DNA of 64,000 nt from Nitrosopumilus sp. (GTDB lineage: Archaea; Thermoproteota; Nitrososphaeria; Nitrososphaerales; Nitrosopumilaceae). Location: NCBI GenBank assembly GCA_965204345.1, contig OZ241981.1, positions 864,001 to 928,000 of the forward strand. Reading direction: 5' to 3'. Positions 40,275 to 49,935 of the stretch are shown here, one piece after another. The number at the start of each line of letters is the position of its first letter. The first letter of the stretch is position 1. The translations under genes were made by a program, and so were the position numbers. The notes under the pieces are model-generated. The model saw nothing but the letters and a program-made list of their open reading frames with translations, ran no database searches and had not been told where the DNA came from.

Positions 40275-41039
40275 TACCGAAGCTTTCTCTACCAAAATAT
40301 CAGCCAGGGGATTTTTTGAGTTAACAGAGTCGGTATGTTTTTTTGTAATCTTAAAGTATTTTTTAAGATAATTTTCATTATTTTTTAAAAACAAGTCTGC
40401 AGAGAGAGGTTTTAGTTCATCATATAATGAATCTAAGGAATTTTTGTTTCCAATGGCAACTAACATAAAGTTAGTTTTAGGCCTGATTCCGACATTTTTT
40501 ATTGCATCAGAAATTTGAGCCGTTAAGCCAAATCTCATTAAGATGTCAGTCTCTAGTTTGTTTGAAAGTAGAACACTGTTGTTTTTAGATTCAATGGACA
40601 AAGAGACAATTTTTTTGAAATGATATGAATCCAAAATAAAATTACTGGATATGGCCTGGATTAAGATTCTAGGATATTTTCTTCGAAGTTGGTCAATGAA
40701 TTTGACATCAATTGATTTTTCTCCCTTTATTTCAGTGGCTTGGATTAGTTTGTTGGAAAATTCAAAAGTAAACTTTTTTGATGCCCCACCATGAATAATG
40801 GGGATTATGCTGACAAGATCATTGCTTTTTATTCTTGTAAATTTTCCATCCATTGCAGAAGAATCAGCCCCATTAATTGCAATTAAGACATTCTCAGTGT
40901 CAAGTTTCGGAGTGTCTTTTGGTTTTAGTTCCAGTAACAGTGTAACTAGTTCCTGAATTGAGATGTTAGATTTTTCAATTTCTAGATATCCGACTGGGAA
41001 AGACTTTTTTGCTCCACCAACAAATTTAACAGTAAACAT
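40266..41039 (-). CDS. cgi121: MoaD/ThiS/Urm1-like ubiquitin fold fused to KEOPS subunit Cgi121
   Basis: N-terminal VKFVGG...LIAING...IIPIIHGG Ubl; C-terminal LETDILMRF..TAQISDAIKNVG Cgi121 motif. Confidence 0.85.
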   Translation of the reverse strand: MFTVKFVGGAKKSFPVGYLEIEKSNISIQELVTLLLELKPKDTPKLDTENVLIAINGADSSAMDGKFTRIKSNDLVSIIPIIHGGASKKFTFEFSNKLIQATEIKGEKSIDVKFIDQLRRKYPRILIQAISSNFILDSYHFKKIVSLSIESKNNSVLLSNKLETDILMRFGLTAQISDAIKNVGIRPKTNFMLVAIGNKNSLDSLYDELKPLSADLFLKNNENYLKKYFKITKKHTDSVNSKNPLADILVEKASVLF

Positions 41040-41073
41040 ATCTATTTTATCTGAATTTGGAAATAATAACTAA

Positions 41074-41574
41074 TTATTCAGTTTTCTCTTCTGTAATATC
41101 AGAAGGTTCTTCTTCTTGTTTAGGGGTTTCTTTTACTTTAACATCAGATACATCGGGCTCTGGCTCCAATATCTGGGGGTGAGACTCTTCTTGTTCAGGG
41201 GCTGGTTCAGCAGCATATCTCGGGTGGTTAGGGTGGTCGATTTCTGAGGGATGAGACTCTTCTTGTTCAGGGGCTGGTTCTGCAACAGTCTCAGACATTT
41301 GTGCAGTAACGATATTTTGAGTGATTGCTGTTTCAGATTCTTCGGCAGTTTGTTGTTCTGCTTTTGCAGCATCAATACGATCCTGCTTGGCTTTTTCTTC
41401 ACGAATTTCTTTTTTGATAAATTTTGTAATGTAACCTGCAATCTCATTTTTCAGACCTTTTGAGCGTACAATAGAAACTTCATCCAGGGCTTTTTTATTA
41501 TCAGCAAAATCTTCTCCAAATTTAGACTTGTGTTCGTCTAGAACCGTATCTGAAAGTCGTTTTATTCTATCCAC
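41074..41574 (-). CDS. rps17e: 30S ribosomal protein eS17 with acidic C-terminal extension
   Basis: FGEDFADNKKAL...SKGLKNEIAGYIT; duplicated AEPAPEQEESHP in the tail. Confidence 0.92.
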   Translation of the reverse strand: MDRIKRLSDTVLDEHKSKFGEDFADNKKALDEVSIVRSKGLKNEIAGYITKFIKKEIREEKAKQDRIDAAKAEQQTAEESETAITQNIVTAQMSETVAEPAPEQEESHPSEIDHPNHPRYAAEPAPEQEESHPQILEPEPDVSDVKVKETPKQEEEPSDITEEKTE

Positions 41575-42085
41575 TGAACATGCAAAGAAGTTGGGGGTAT
41601 TTTATACCTTTAAAGGATAAAATCGTATCACGAGTCAATCTTTGGATGTTTTCATCGATTCAAACGAGTGTTAAATTTGGGTGTTAAGATGTTAGATTGA
41701 GGTGCTAAAGTGTATAATTATGATGCTAAACTCAAATCAAGAGCATTAAAATCACAAACAGATTGTTCTCTGATGATTTGACATCTTGTAATATTCCCAA
41801 AATTGTTCCCATCCTTAAGATATGATTGCCTGCAGCTCATAATTAGTCACACTGATAAAAAATATCATCAGATTTACGTATGGAATTAAGGTCCAGAATG
41901 CCAAGTATCAATCTTTGCAGAAATTAATGCATGTGGTGTATTGTCCTACACCTGAAACTATTACTGTAAAAATCAAAGAAAATCCAGAATATCTTGTATT
42001 GGATTCTATTAATGAACTAGCTGATGATTTGGATAAAACCTACCTTTCTTAGTTTAACTAAAATCAAACCCTGATTATAAAGACA

Positions 42086-42754
42086 TCAATTTTTTTCCAT
42101 ATCATACGCATGTATCAAAGTGGCATCAAAGGTGACTAGTTTACAGTCTTTTGCATCTAATGCAATTTGAAGCAGTATGCAGTCTGTCTCAGATAATGGT
42201 ATTTTATCTGCGTTTTGATATTTTTTCGATTCATAAAGTTTTTTTGCTTGAATTATTTGCTTTGATGCATGATCTAACGTTATTCTGGTTACAGTTCCCA
42301 ATTTATTTAATTTGTTGATCACGTCATCCTCTATATCCAACACGCGATTATATTCATGGTATTCCATATTTTTTGTCTCAATTAGTATTCTATCCAATAG
42401 AATAAACTCTAAATTCTGAGTTTGAACATCATATCCAAGATCTTGCATTGTTGTGCCATTGATTAACTGGTGTATTATCATAGTATCAAGCAAAAGTTTT
42501 GTTGTTTTTACACTTGGATGTGTCTGAAATGTTTTAATGGTTTTCTCAGGTAACTTGTCTAATATTACGGGCAGTTTTCCAAAAAGTATGGCTTCACCAC
42601 CAGTAGGTTCTGCCAAAAGATTACCGCAGAATTTACAATTGATGATGCTTTTTGCCATAGTGAAAACAACAGTGGGAGAACCACATGACAGGCATTCTAT
42701 TTCTACAAATCTGCTTTTTGGCTCTGGTATGATATTATTATATGCACCCAACAT
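42086..42754 (-). CDS. eS27-like Zn ribbon fused to a PIN-domain ribonuclease
   Basis: aa 1-66: IPEPKSRFVEIECLSCGSPTVVF..A...INCKFCGNLLAEPTGGEA (eS27 pattern); aa ~85-222: LLLDT, ILIET, LSETD, LVTFD (PIN acidic tetrad). Confidence 0.85.
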   Translation of the reverse strand: MLGAYNNIIPEPKSRFVEIECLSCGSPTVVFTMAKSIINCKFCGNLLAEPTGGEAILFGKLPVILDKLPEKTIKTFQTHPSVKTTKLLLDTMIIHQLINGTTMQDLGYDVQTQNLEFILLDRILIETKNMEYHEYNRVLDIEDDVINKLNKLGTVTRITLDHASKQIIQAKKLYESKKYQNADKIPLSETDCILLQIALDAKDCKLVTFDATLIHAYDMEKN

Positions 42755-43101
42755 ATTACAAGATACGCTTTGGCGTAAAAATGTTTATACATGTTAAAAT
42801 AGGCCTTGTGTAATTTTATTTTTTTAGCATGGGTAGAGAAGTAGTTTGGCATAAAATCAGCGAAAACATAATGGATGATAAAGATTAATTCAGTTTGCTG
42901 GTTTCCGTATGGAATTCTTTGAGAGGTTCAAACTTCCATAAATGAGATCGTATATAATATTGTAGAAAATTTCCACTAGCAAGAAAAATGCAATACTGCA
43001 TGTAAAATCAAATACAAAATTTTGCAAATTTCTGTGAAAAGGGCTTGTAAATCTGTGTAAATATTAGTCTCAAGTTAGTGCAAAACTATATAATCTAAAG
43101 C

Positions 43102-43115
43102 AGTATTATAATACT
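43102..43115. promoter_or_regulatory. Perfect 14-bp palindrome, probable operator at the start of the 708-aa gene
   Basis: AGTATTATAATACT ends 2 bp before ATG 43118, downstream of a TATA-like CTATATAA (~43086). Confidence 0.5.
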
Positions 43116-43117
43116 AG

Positions 43118-45244
43118 ATGGACATTACTTCAATAAAGTTACTAAAATCACTAGTTGATGGACAAAAAATAACAAGCGAGCTGCGTGATTTGTTAGGGAT
43201 AAAGAACAGGCGATTATCATACATAATAAAAAATCTCACAGAAGAGGATTACATAGGAAAAAAAGACACGATAATCAGATTAAAAGAGACGCCAAAGGCA
43301 ACGCTGTTCAGAGACATTGCACAGACTGTAGATGTTGAAAAATTACTTTGTGAATCTAATGAAATAATACTTGCCAACATGGATGAAAAAATTACAGTAG
43401 ATGAATTGATAAAAAAATCAGGATTGTCTAAAGCAACAACCTACAGGTCAATATCAGATTTACAGTCCATAGGAGCCATCATAAAAGAAGAAGAATCGAT
43501 AAAGATTGATGAATCAAAAGAACAGCTGGTTTTATTTGCAAAATTATTAAAGACTGAGAGAGAGCAAAAATATGAAGATGGGAATACTGAAGTAATTTAT
43601 AATAATAATTCAGTAATATTACGAAAAGCTCCAAATGGAAAAGTTACCAAAGGTGCAACAACAGGGTTTACATTATTTTCAGAACATGACATAGAATATC
43701 AAACTACACATGATTATTTTTGCGAGCAAAAAGAAGATTTGGAAATACAGGATGTATTGTTACATGCAGTTTTTGCTGCAAACTATTCAAAAAATAAAAT
43801 GGAATTATTGATAGCCATTATTTTTTATGTAAAACATAAAGAGATGATGGATATTCTTCAATTAAGAAAAAAGGCATCAGAGTTGGGAATATCTGAAATT
43901 TGGTTAGATATTGAAGCATACATCCGTAGAAAGCAGTTAAAAAATAAGGATCTGTTTTTACCATGGGATGAATTCCTATCTAAAGCAAAATTATATGACA
44001 TACCAATTGAAAAATACGCATTGACAAAACCTAGTAGTTTATTATTTCGAGAAATTAGTAATGAACTACAAGAACCAAAAACGATATACCTATTTGGTGG
44101 TGAAAATATGAGGATAAAATCATTAAAGGATAGTACAAAAGATTGTGACATAATAGTAGAAAATAAAAGTGATTTTGATAATTTGGCAGAAATTCTTACC
44201 AATATTGGATATCAAAGAAGACTCGAAACAAGTTATTCAGATGAGGATAAAAGAATAAAACCAGATGATATTTTTGAGCACGAACAGAAGAGCAGAATAG
44301 ACCTGTTCACATCTACAGTTATGGAAAATCTATCGCTATCCTCAACCATGAGAGAGAGGGCAGACATTAAAGACTATGGGCTATTAAAAATAGGATTGCT
44401 AAGAAACGAGGATGTATTTTTGTTAAAAGCAATGGCAAATAGAGAAGGAGACATACAAGATATGGCTGCACTAGTGACAGGTAGTCCCAATACACCTCAT
44501 GAATTACAACATGGATCTTTTGATTGGAACCTGGTATTTGAGGAAATACTAAGACAAGAACATGTCAATCAGACAAAGGATTTCACACCGATAATTTTTG
44601 ATCAAATATCATATCTTGCAGAACAAACAAGTATTGTAGCTCCATTTCTTGATAAGCTAAGAAGACATGTTGTAGACATTATGATCAAAAGAATATTACG
44701 TGGCGGCAGTATATCAATAAAAGAGATAGTAGAATTATTGAATGGTGGAGACATTACAGAATCAATGATTCGAAATAGAATCGACTCGTTAGAAAAATCT
44801 CAAACAATTAAAAAATATTCTGTTGGAAGAGCAACGTACACACAACTGATAAAAAACAATGAATATTCAAAAAAAGAATTAGAAATAACCACACACCGCT
44901 TTAAGACATATCTTGATTGGCGTTTCCATATAAGACAAAAACAATCATATCAAAACATCAAAGAACTAGTGCAAGAGATAAAAGAACTAGGTTTTCAAAG
45001 GATTGGAGAAATAGATGAGCTAGTCAGAAATTCTACTGAAATATTGAAACAATATGAGGATGAACAGTTCTCAAAGCGTCATTTTGATGAAGTTGATGCT
45101 GTAAGGATTTGCATTGGATTACATTATCCAGATCTTGGAGAAAAACGCTCATCAAAGTATTTCATAAATACATTTGATAAATATAATAACATGGCAAAAG
45201 ACGGGTTTATTCCCAAACATACAATTAAAATGGTGAGAAAATAA
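43118..45244 (+). CDS. Multi-wHTH plus nucleotidyltransferase (DUF6036/AbiEii-like) fusion protein
   Basis: Two N-terminal wHTH (LSKATTYRSISDL), TTGFTLF region, NTase IYLFGG...KDSTKDCDII, RIDLF, LLKAMANREGDIQD, further wHTH and helical C-terminus. Confidence 0.8.
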   Translation: MDITSIKLLKSLVDGQKITSELRDLLGIKNRRLSYIIKNLTEEDYIGKKDTIIRLKETPKATLFRDIAQTVDVEKLLCESNEIILANMDEKITVDELIKKSGLSKATTYRSISDLQSIGAIIKEEESIKIDESKEQLVLFAKLLKTEREQKYEDGNTEVIYNNNSVILRKAPNGKVTKGATTGFTLFSEHDIEYQTTHDYFCEQKEDLEIQDVLLHAVFAANYSKNKMELLIAIIFYVKHKEMMDILQLRKKASELGISEIWLDIEAYIRRKQLKNKDLFLPWDEFLSKAKLYDIPIEKYALTKPSSLLFREISNELQEPKTIYLFGGENMRIKSLKDSTKDCDIIVENKSDFDNLAEILTNIGYQRRLETSYSDEDKRIKPDDIFEHEQKSRIDLFTSTVMENLSLSSTMRERADIKDYGLLKIGLLRNEDVFLLKAMANREGDIQDMAALVTGSPNTPHELQHGSFDWNLVFEEILRQEHVNQTKDFTPIIFDQISYLAEQTSIVAPFLDKLRRHVVDIMIKRILRGGSISIKEIVELLNGGDITESMIRNRIDSLEKSQTIKKYSVGRATYTQLIKNNEYSKKELEITTHRFKTYLDWRFHIRQKQSYQNIKELVQEIKELGFQRIGEIDELVRNSTEILKQYEDEQFSKRHFDEVDAVRICIGLHYPDLGEKRSSKYFINTFDKYNNMAKDGFIPKHTIKMVRK

Positions 45245-45743
45245 GTTAAGAAGAAAGATGTAGAAGATCAGATTCTCTACCTACAAGAGTAAAAGAAGAT
45301 TTGTATGATGAAAATATTGTTGTGTTCTTAGGCTGATGAAATTTATAAAAAAAGGATTGATTACTGATGAAATTTTGGTAAAATACAAGTTAAGTCCTAG
45401 TTTAAAAAAACTCAAATTTGAAGAAACTAGAAGGTATTTTGGGAATATCTTGTTGATTATAGTTCTACAATATTACTCAAAATTGCATTTTGGGATTTTT
45501 GATTATTAGAATTGTATTTAAGAAGATCATCTCTTGTAACTTGCCGTTAAATTCCAAGTTCAGTAGGGAAAGTTTTAGATGAAGAAGGAAAGAGCATAGG
45601 CAAATCAATTCCAGGTCCTAATGACCTTGGACTTTGGATGATGTTGATGTGACATCAACCGGAATTTACAAGAACCAATCATACTTCTTTGAAAAAACTG
45701 ATTTTGTCAACATCTTTTATGCCATTATTAGCTTGGACTAATA

Positions 45744-46302
45744 ATGCTTCTAATACCTTTGTTTGTTATTGTTTTACTTGCTCCCGGAGTTGTCTTTACA
45801 GATAATTTGGGTGAAGAGGTAAAATATGACAAATTGACTAGAGATGAAAAAATTGATTTGAACGGTAAACGAGCAAAAGAAATACTTGAATCTTTAGGAG
45901 GATATGATGAGTATAAAGAGTTCATGAAATCTGATGAAGATTCAAAACTCAAAGATGAAATAAAAGAGCTCAATCAAAAAATGTCTGAGCTTGGAATAAT
46001 GACTCTTGAGGAATTTAACGATCCAGTAAAACGATTAGAGTTTTATCTTGATCATCCTGAGATCATAGAAGAAGAACACGATAATGTAGAACATGGTCAA
46101 TGATGCATATTTACAACCTACATAATGACAAGTACTTTATCCAAATGCAGCATATCCTTATGAAAATGATAACATCTCTCATAAACACGATTCAATAACA
46201 CCATTCATCAAAGCAGATACAACACAAAGTGGAATTCAACAAATTGATGGTTTAGCTAGTGTAGATGCTTTACTACACTATGATGAACAAATAAGCAACT
46301 AG
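45744..46302 (+). pseudogene. Decayed secreted protein
   Basis: Signal peptide and helical region to 46103; another frame continues QVLYPNAAYPYENDNISHKHDSITPF...DEQISN*. Confidence 0.5.
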
Positions 46303-46348
46303 TAGAGATATTGAAGAATTTAAAAAAATAGATACTGAATTCGAATGC

Positions 46349-47104
46349 CTATATTCCAAGAAAGGAGTGAGAATTCCTCTCCAACATTGATGCTGTCTCA
46401 TCAAAGGATTTGCCTAAAACTTTTGAGGCACTAAAAATTACGCTGGGAATAAAGGTGATTTGAGCGGCCTTCATTTCAAAACACCGAGAAAACCTTACAG
46501 GACCATCAGTCTCAACAAGTATCTTGGATTCGTCGGTTTTTGATAGCAGGGTCTGCTTGTCATTTGCATATATCATGACAGGCCCATAGGATACAAAAAA
46601 TCCCATATCCATGGCTCTGGCTAGCTGCTTTTTGCTTCCATCAAACCAATGCAACAAGGCATGCTTTGTATCATATGAGGTCATAATCTGAAAAACATCA
46701 TCCAGACTTTTTCTGGAATGAATTGAGATTGGCTTGCTAAATTTTTCTGCATAGGACAGCAATGTTTCAAATACCTGATTCTGTTTTTTGGCATCATCGT
46801 CTCCATGCACATAGGTTGGGTCTAGACCGATTTCGCCTATGCCAGAAAGCACTAAATGATTATCTTCAATTAGCCTAGATATTTTTTCAATTTCTTCATT
46901 GGCACATTCAGGATGAATTCCAATAAAGGGCAGAACATGATCACTTTTTTTTGCAAGTTCTAATGTTTGTAGTGAATTATCATAATCCATTGAGACACAA
47001 CAGGCCTTAATTTTTAGAAATTCCATTTGTTTTAGGATAAATTCCATATCTTGTGCATATGCAGGATCTGAGAGATGTATATGCGAATCAACATACCAAG
47101 ACAT
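46349..47104 (-). CDS. tatD: TatD family nuclease
   Basis: VDSHIHL, GIHP, IGEIGLD, IHSR, LHWF, VETDGP. Confidence 0.95.
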   Translation of the reverse strand: MSWYVDSHIHLSDPAYAQDMEFILKQMEFLKIKACCVSMDYDNSLQTLELAKKSDHVLPFIGIHPECANEEIEKISRLIEDNHLVLSGIGEIGLDPTYVHGDDDAKKQNQVFETLLSYAEKFSKPISIHSRKSLDDVFQIMTSYDTKHALLHWFDGSKKQLARAMDMGFFVSYGPVMIYANDKQTLLSKTDESKILVETDGPVRFSRCFEMKAAQITFIPSVIFSASKVLGKSFDETASMLERNSHSFLGI

Positions 47105-47201
47105 TTCTTTATCAATTCTTAAAAATAGTCTGTATAAATCGATTCCTTAGTGATATTTTTTCACTCGTTATCTTTTTTCGGAAAAAACCAAGTCATAATT
47201 T

Positions 47202-47423
47202 ATGAAGTCATCTGAATTGGGACTATCTGCAATGTGTAGAATTCTAAAGAAGGCAGGGGCAGAAAGAGTCAGTGATGAATCAGCAGAGGAATTAAGACGA
47301 GTAATAGAGGAGATTGCAGACGGTATTGCCAAAAGTGCAGTTGATATGGCATCTCACGCCAGTAGAAAAACCGTAAAAGGGGAAGATGTCAAGTTGGCCT
47401 CAAAGCCATTTAACAAATTCTAA
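47202..47423 (+). CDS. Archaeal histone (HMf-like histone fold)
   Basis: [12 protein letters not shown]...[17 protein letters not shown]. Confidence 0.92.
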   Translation: MKSSELGLSAMCRILKKAGAERVSDESAEELRRVIEEIADGIAKSAVDMASHASRKTVKGEDVKLASKPFNKF

Positions 47424-47462
47424 TCTAAAGAGTTTAATTATTCATTTTGTGTTTTTTAAGAC

Positions 47463-47534
47463 GGTACTCTGGCAGAACGGTTATGCGTGAGCCTGCAAAG
47501 CTTATACAAGGGGGTTCGACTCCCTCGGGTACCT
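47463..47534 (+). tRNA. tRNA-Cys(GCA)
   Basis: Acceptor GGTACTC/GGGTACC, anticodon arm TGAGC-CTGCAAA-GCTTA, T loop GTTCGACT; CCA not encoded. Confidence 0.93.
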
Positions 47535-47947
47535 TACCCTACTACAACTTGGCCTTTCATCCACGGATGAAGAGTACAAAAGTAATCAAAAGTTCCAGAT
47601 TCATCAAAATCAAGTGTGTATGATTCAGACGGATCTAGATACCCACTATCAAATAATTCAGTTGGGGATTCATAGGAACCAGAGGTAACACTGTGAAATG
47701 CAGAGTCCTCATTGAGCCATGTAACCTGTTCTCCGGGTGCAATTGTAATTACAGAGGGAATGTAGCATTTATCAGTCTTCTCGCATCCAGGGCGTGAAAC
47801 CTTTGTAGGCATAATTACATCGGCTTTTATAGCTGGTTTAGAATCTTCAGGGACCTCATCCATTGGAGAACTTGAAAGTACAATACCAATTATTACAAAA
47901 AGAAGTGCCAGTAAGGCTGCTGCAATAATGGCTATTTTTTTTATCAA
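47534..47947 (-). CDS. Membrane-anchored cupredoxin (plastocyanin-like blue copper protein)
   Basis: VTWLNEDSAFHSVTSG...YFCTLHPWMKG type-1 Cu ligands. Confidence 0.95.
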   Translation of the reverse strand: MIKKIAIIAAALLALLFVIIGIVLSSSPMDEVPEDSKPAIKADVIMPTKVSRPGCEKTDKCYIPSVITIAPGEQVTWLNEDSAFHSVTSGSYESPTELFDSGYLDPSESYTLDFDESGTFDYFCTLHPWMKGQVVVG

Positions 47948-48021
47948 ATCATATCATTCCTTTACAGAGTTATTACATAATTACCAAATTCTCTAAATAT
48001 ATAACATATTAGAAGACACAA

Positions 48022-49773
48022 TTGTCTCAAAATAAAAATGGACTGTTAGAATACATACCAGGCTCACATACGTTACTAGTTCAAAAAAATTCCAGTCCGC
48101 CACTAGAGGGTTTTGCAGAAAATATCCAAAAAAGCATTCACGAGTATGCAGAAAACTCAAAGAGTGAAGTCGAGAAAGGAAATAACTTTCTTCAGTGGAT
48201 TTTAACAAGGGTTTTTGAGGCCACAGAAGATGATGCAGCAGATGCAATTATTGATGGAGCAAATGACCTGGGGATTGACGCTTATCTTCCGGTAGATTTC
48301 TCAGACAATACGATCAGACTATTCCAATCAAAATACGGAACATCACACTCCCTAGAGGCAATTGCAAAATTCAAGGAAGATGCCAAGAGACTATTAACAA
48401 AGGATGTGGTAAAAATGAGGCCAGACCTAGCACAGCTTGTTACAAAGATTAAGGAAAAAAACCTAAAGATAAAATGCTGCTATGTCACAGATCAGCAGGT
48501 AGACTATCATGATGACATAGTAGAGATAATTGATCAAAAGGCGATAATTCAGAAATTATGGGATAGAATAAAAAAACCTGCGGCAGGAAAAAAATCAACC
48601 ATCAAACTAGAGCGGATGCTAAGACACGAAAACACGATTTTGGGCATCCTAAAACTCCGTGAGCTCACAGAATTTGTAAGCAAGAACAGAGACTATGTCT
48701 TTGAATCAAACATTAGGCAGTGGATGCAGTTTAAAACCACAGTCAACAAGGGATTAAGGGAAACATTACAGAGCAATCCGGGAAAATTCTTCTTTTACAA
48801 CAACGGGATAACAATTGTAGTTAATGATTTTTCAGAACTCGGTGAAAACATGATTGAGCTTCATGCCCCACAAATTGTAAATGGCGCACAAACATCAAAC
48901 TCTATTCTTGATCACTCAAAAAGAACAAAAAATATGGATGGCTCCATGACAGTTACAATCATCAAGGCAGATGATGAGCAAGAGCAAAACAACATTACAA
49001 AATACAGAAATTCCCAGAACTCAGTAAGAGGCAAGGATCTTGTTTCATTGATGGACTTTCACAAGTCTGTAAAGTCACAACTAAAAAACTGTGGCTATTT
49101 TTATGAGATACAGGCAGGCTCTTTTGATACAAAAACTAAATCACAGCAATGCGAGTACGATGGTGATACAACATACAACAGTTATCTTCCAGACAACCAC
49201 AAAAAGGTCATCGTTGCCAAGGATGCAATTCAGTCATTGGTGGCAGGAATTGAACAAAGGCCAACAGAAGCCTACAGTTCTCCAGCCCAATTTCTGCCAA
49301 GAGGAAGCAAGTATGATGATGTATTTAATGACAATCTAAAAGACGACTATAGGATTTTGCTATACCCGTATCTTGTTAAGGAATATGCTAAAAAGTCACT
49401 AAAATTTGGAAAGCAGGGAGGCCACAAAACGAAAAGATATGCAACATTATTTTTTGTTGCAGTATACTTTAGAATACTGCATAAAAAAATTATTGACTCA
49501 AAGGGGGATTTTAAAGGGGATGTAAGGAAGCTTGAACCCATTTTTCGCAGCTTCAAACTAAATTCTAGAATCTTAAAGATTACAGACGTGGTTGTTACTA
49601 AATTCCTAGAAGATACCGTAGTGGATGACGAGATTGAATTGGCAAATACCAAGCACAATTTCTTTTCACAGCATGTCTGGAACGACTCGATGCTCAGGGT
49701 GGTTGATAAAAAAATCAGGCAGGAGGAAGAGGAGATTCTGGCACTAAAAAAGCTAGCAGCCAGCTTATTCTAG
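48022..49773 (+). CDS. AIPR family protein
   Basis: DGANDLGIDA...LFQSKY nuclease-like motif; FESNIR, FFFYNNGITI, QIVNGAQT, NSQN. Confidence 0.9.
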   Translation: MSQNKNGLLEYIPGSHTLLVQKNSSPPLEGFAENIQKSIHEYAENSKSEVEKGNNFLQWILTRVFEATEDDAADAIIDGANDLGIDAYLPVDFSDNTIRLFQSKYGTSHSLEAIAKFKEDAKRLLTKDVVKMRPDLAQLVTKIKEKNLKIKCCYVTDQQVDYHDDIVEIIDQKAIIQKLWDRIKKPAAGKKSTIKLERMLRHENTILGILKLRELTEFVSKNRDYVFESNIRQWMQFKTTVNKGLRETLQSNPGKFFFYNNGITIVVNDFSELGENMIELHAPQIVNGAQTSNSILDHSKRTKNMDGSMTVTIIKADDEQEQNNITKYRNSQNSVRGKDLVSLMDFHKSVKSQLKNCGYFYEIQAGSFDTKTKSQQCEYDGDTTYNSYLPDNHKKVIVAKDAIQSLVAGIEQRPTEAYSSPAQFLPRGSKYDDVFNDNLKDDYRILLYPYLVKEYAKKSLKFGKQGGHKTKRYATLFFVAVYFRILHKKIIDSKGDFKGDVRKLEPIFRSFKLNSRILKITDVVVTKFLEDTVVDDEIELANTKHNFFSQHVWNDSMLRVVDKKIRQEEEEILALKKLAASLF

Positions 49774-49935
49774 TTTCAAAGGCAGTAGTCCGACCAAGTA
49801 AAAATCTTGCAGGAGGTTTACATTGGTCAGACTTTCTACCCAAATTCAGTAATAAACTAGTAATATTTAACATAATTTTTCTGAGCATAGTATTCCAGTA
49901 TGTTTTTTATATCGATTAAGAAGAGCAAGAGCACT

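Noticed and set aside
41640-42080. Coding remnants between rps17e and eS27-PIN, sought as a possible antitoxin
   Set aside because: Only short stop-riddled fragments, with no recognisable RHH, AbrB or other antitoxin motif.
42086-42754. Annotation as Nob1 or as the genuine rps27e gene
   Set aside because: Nob1 has PIN first and the Zn ribbon last. Canonical eS27 is about 65 aa and normally lies next to rpl44e and aIF2-alpha, not in an AT-rich island.
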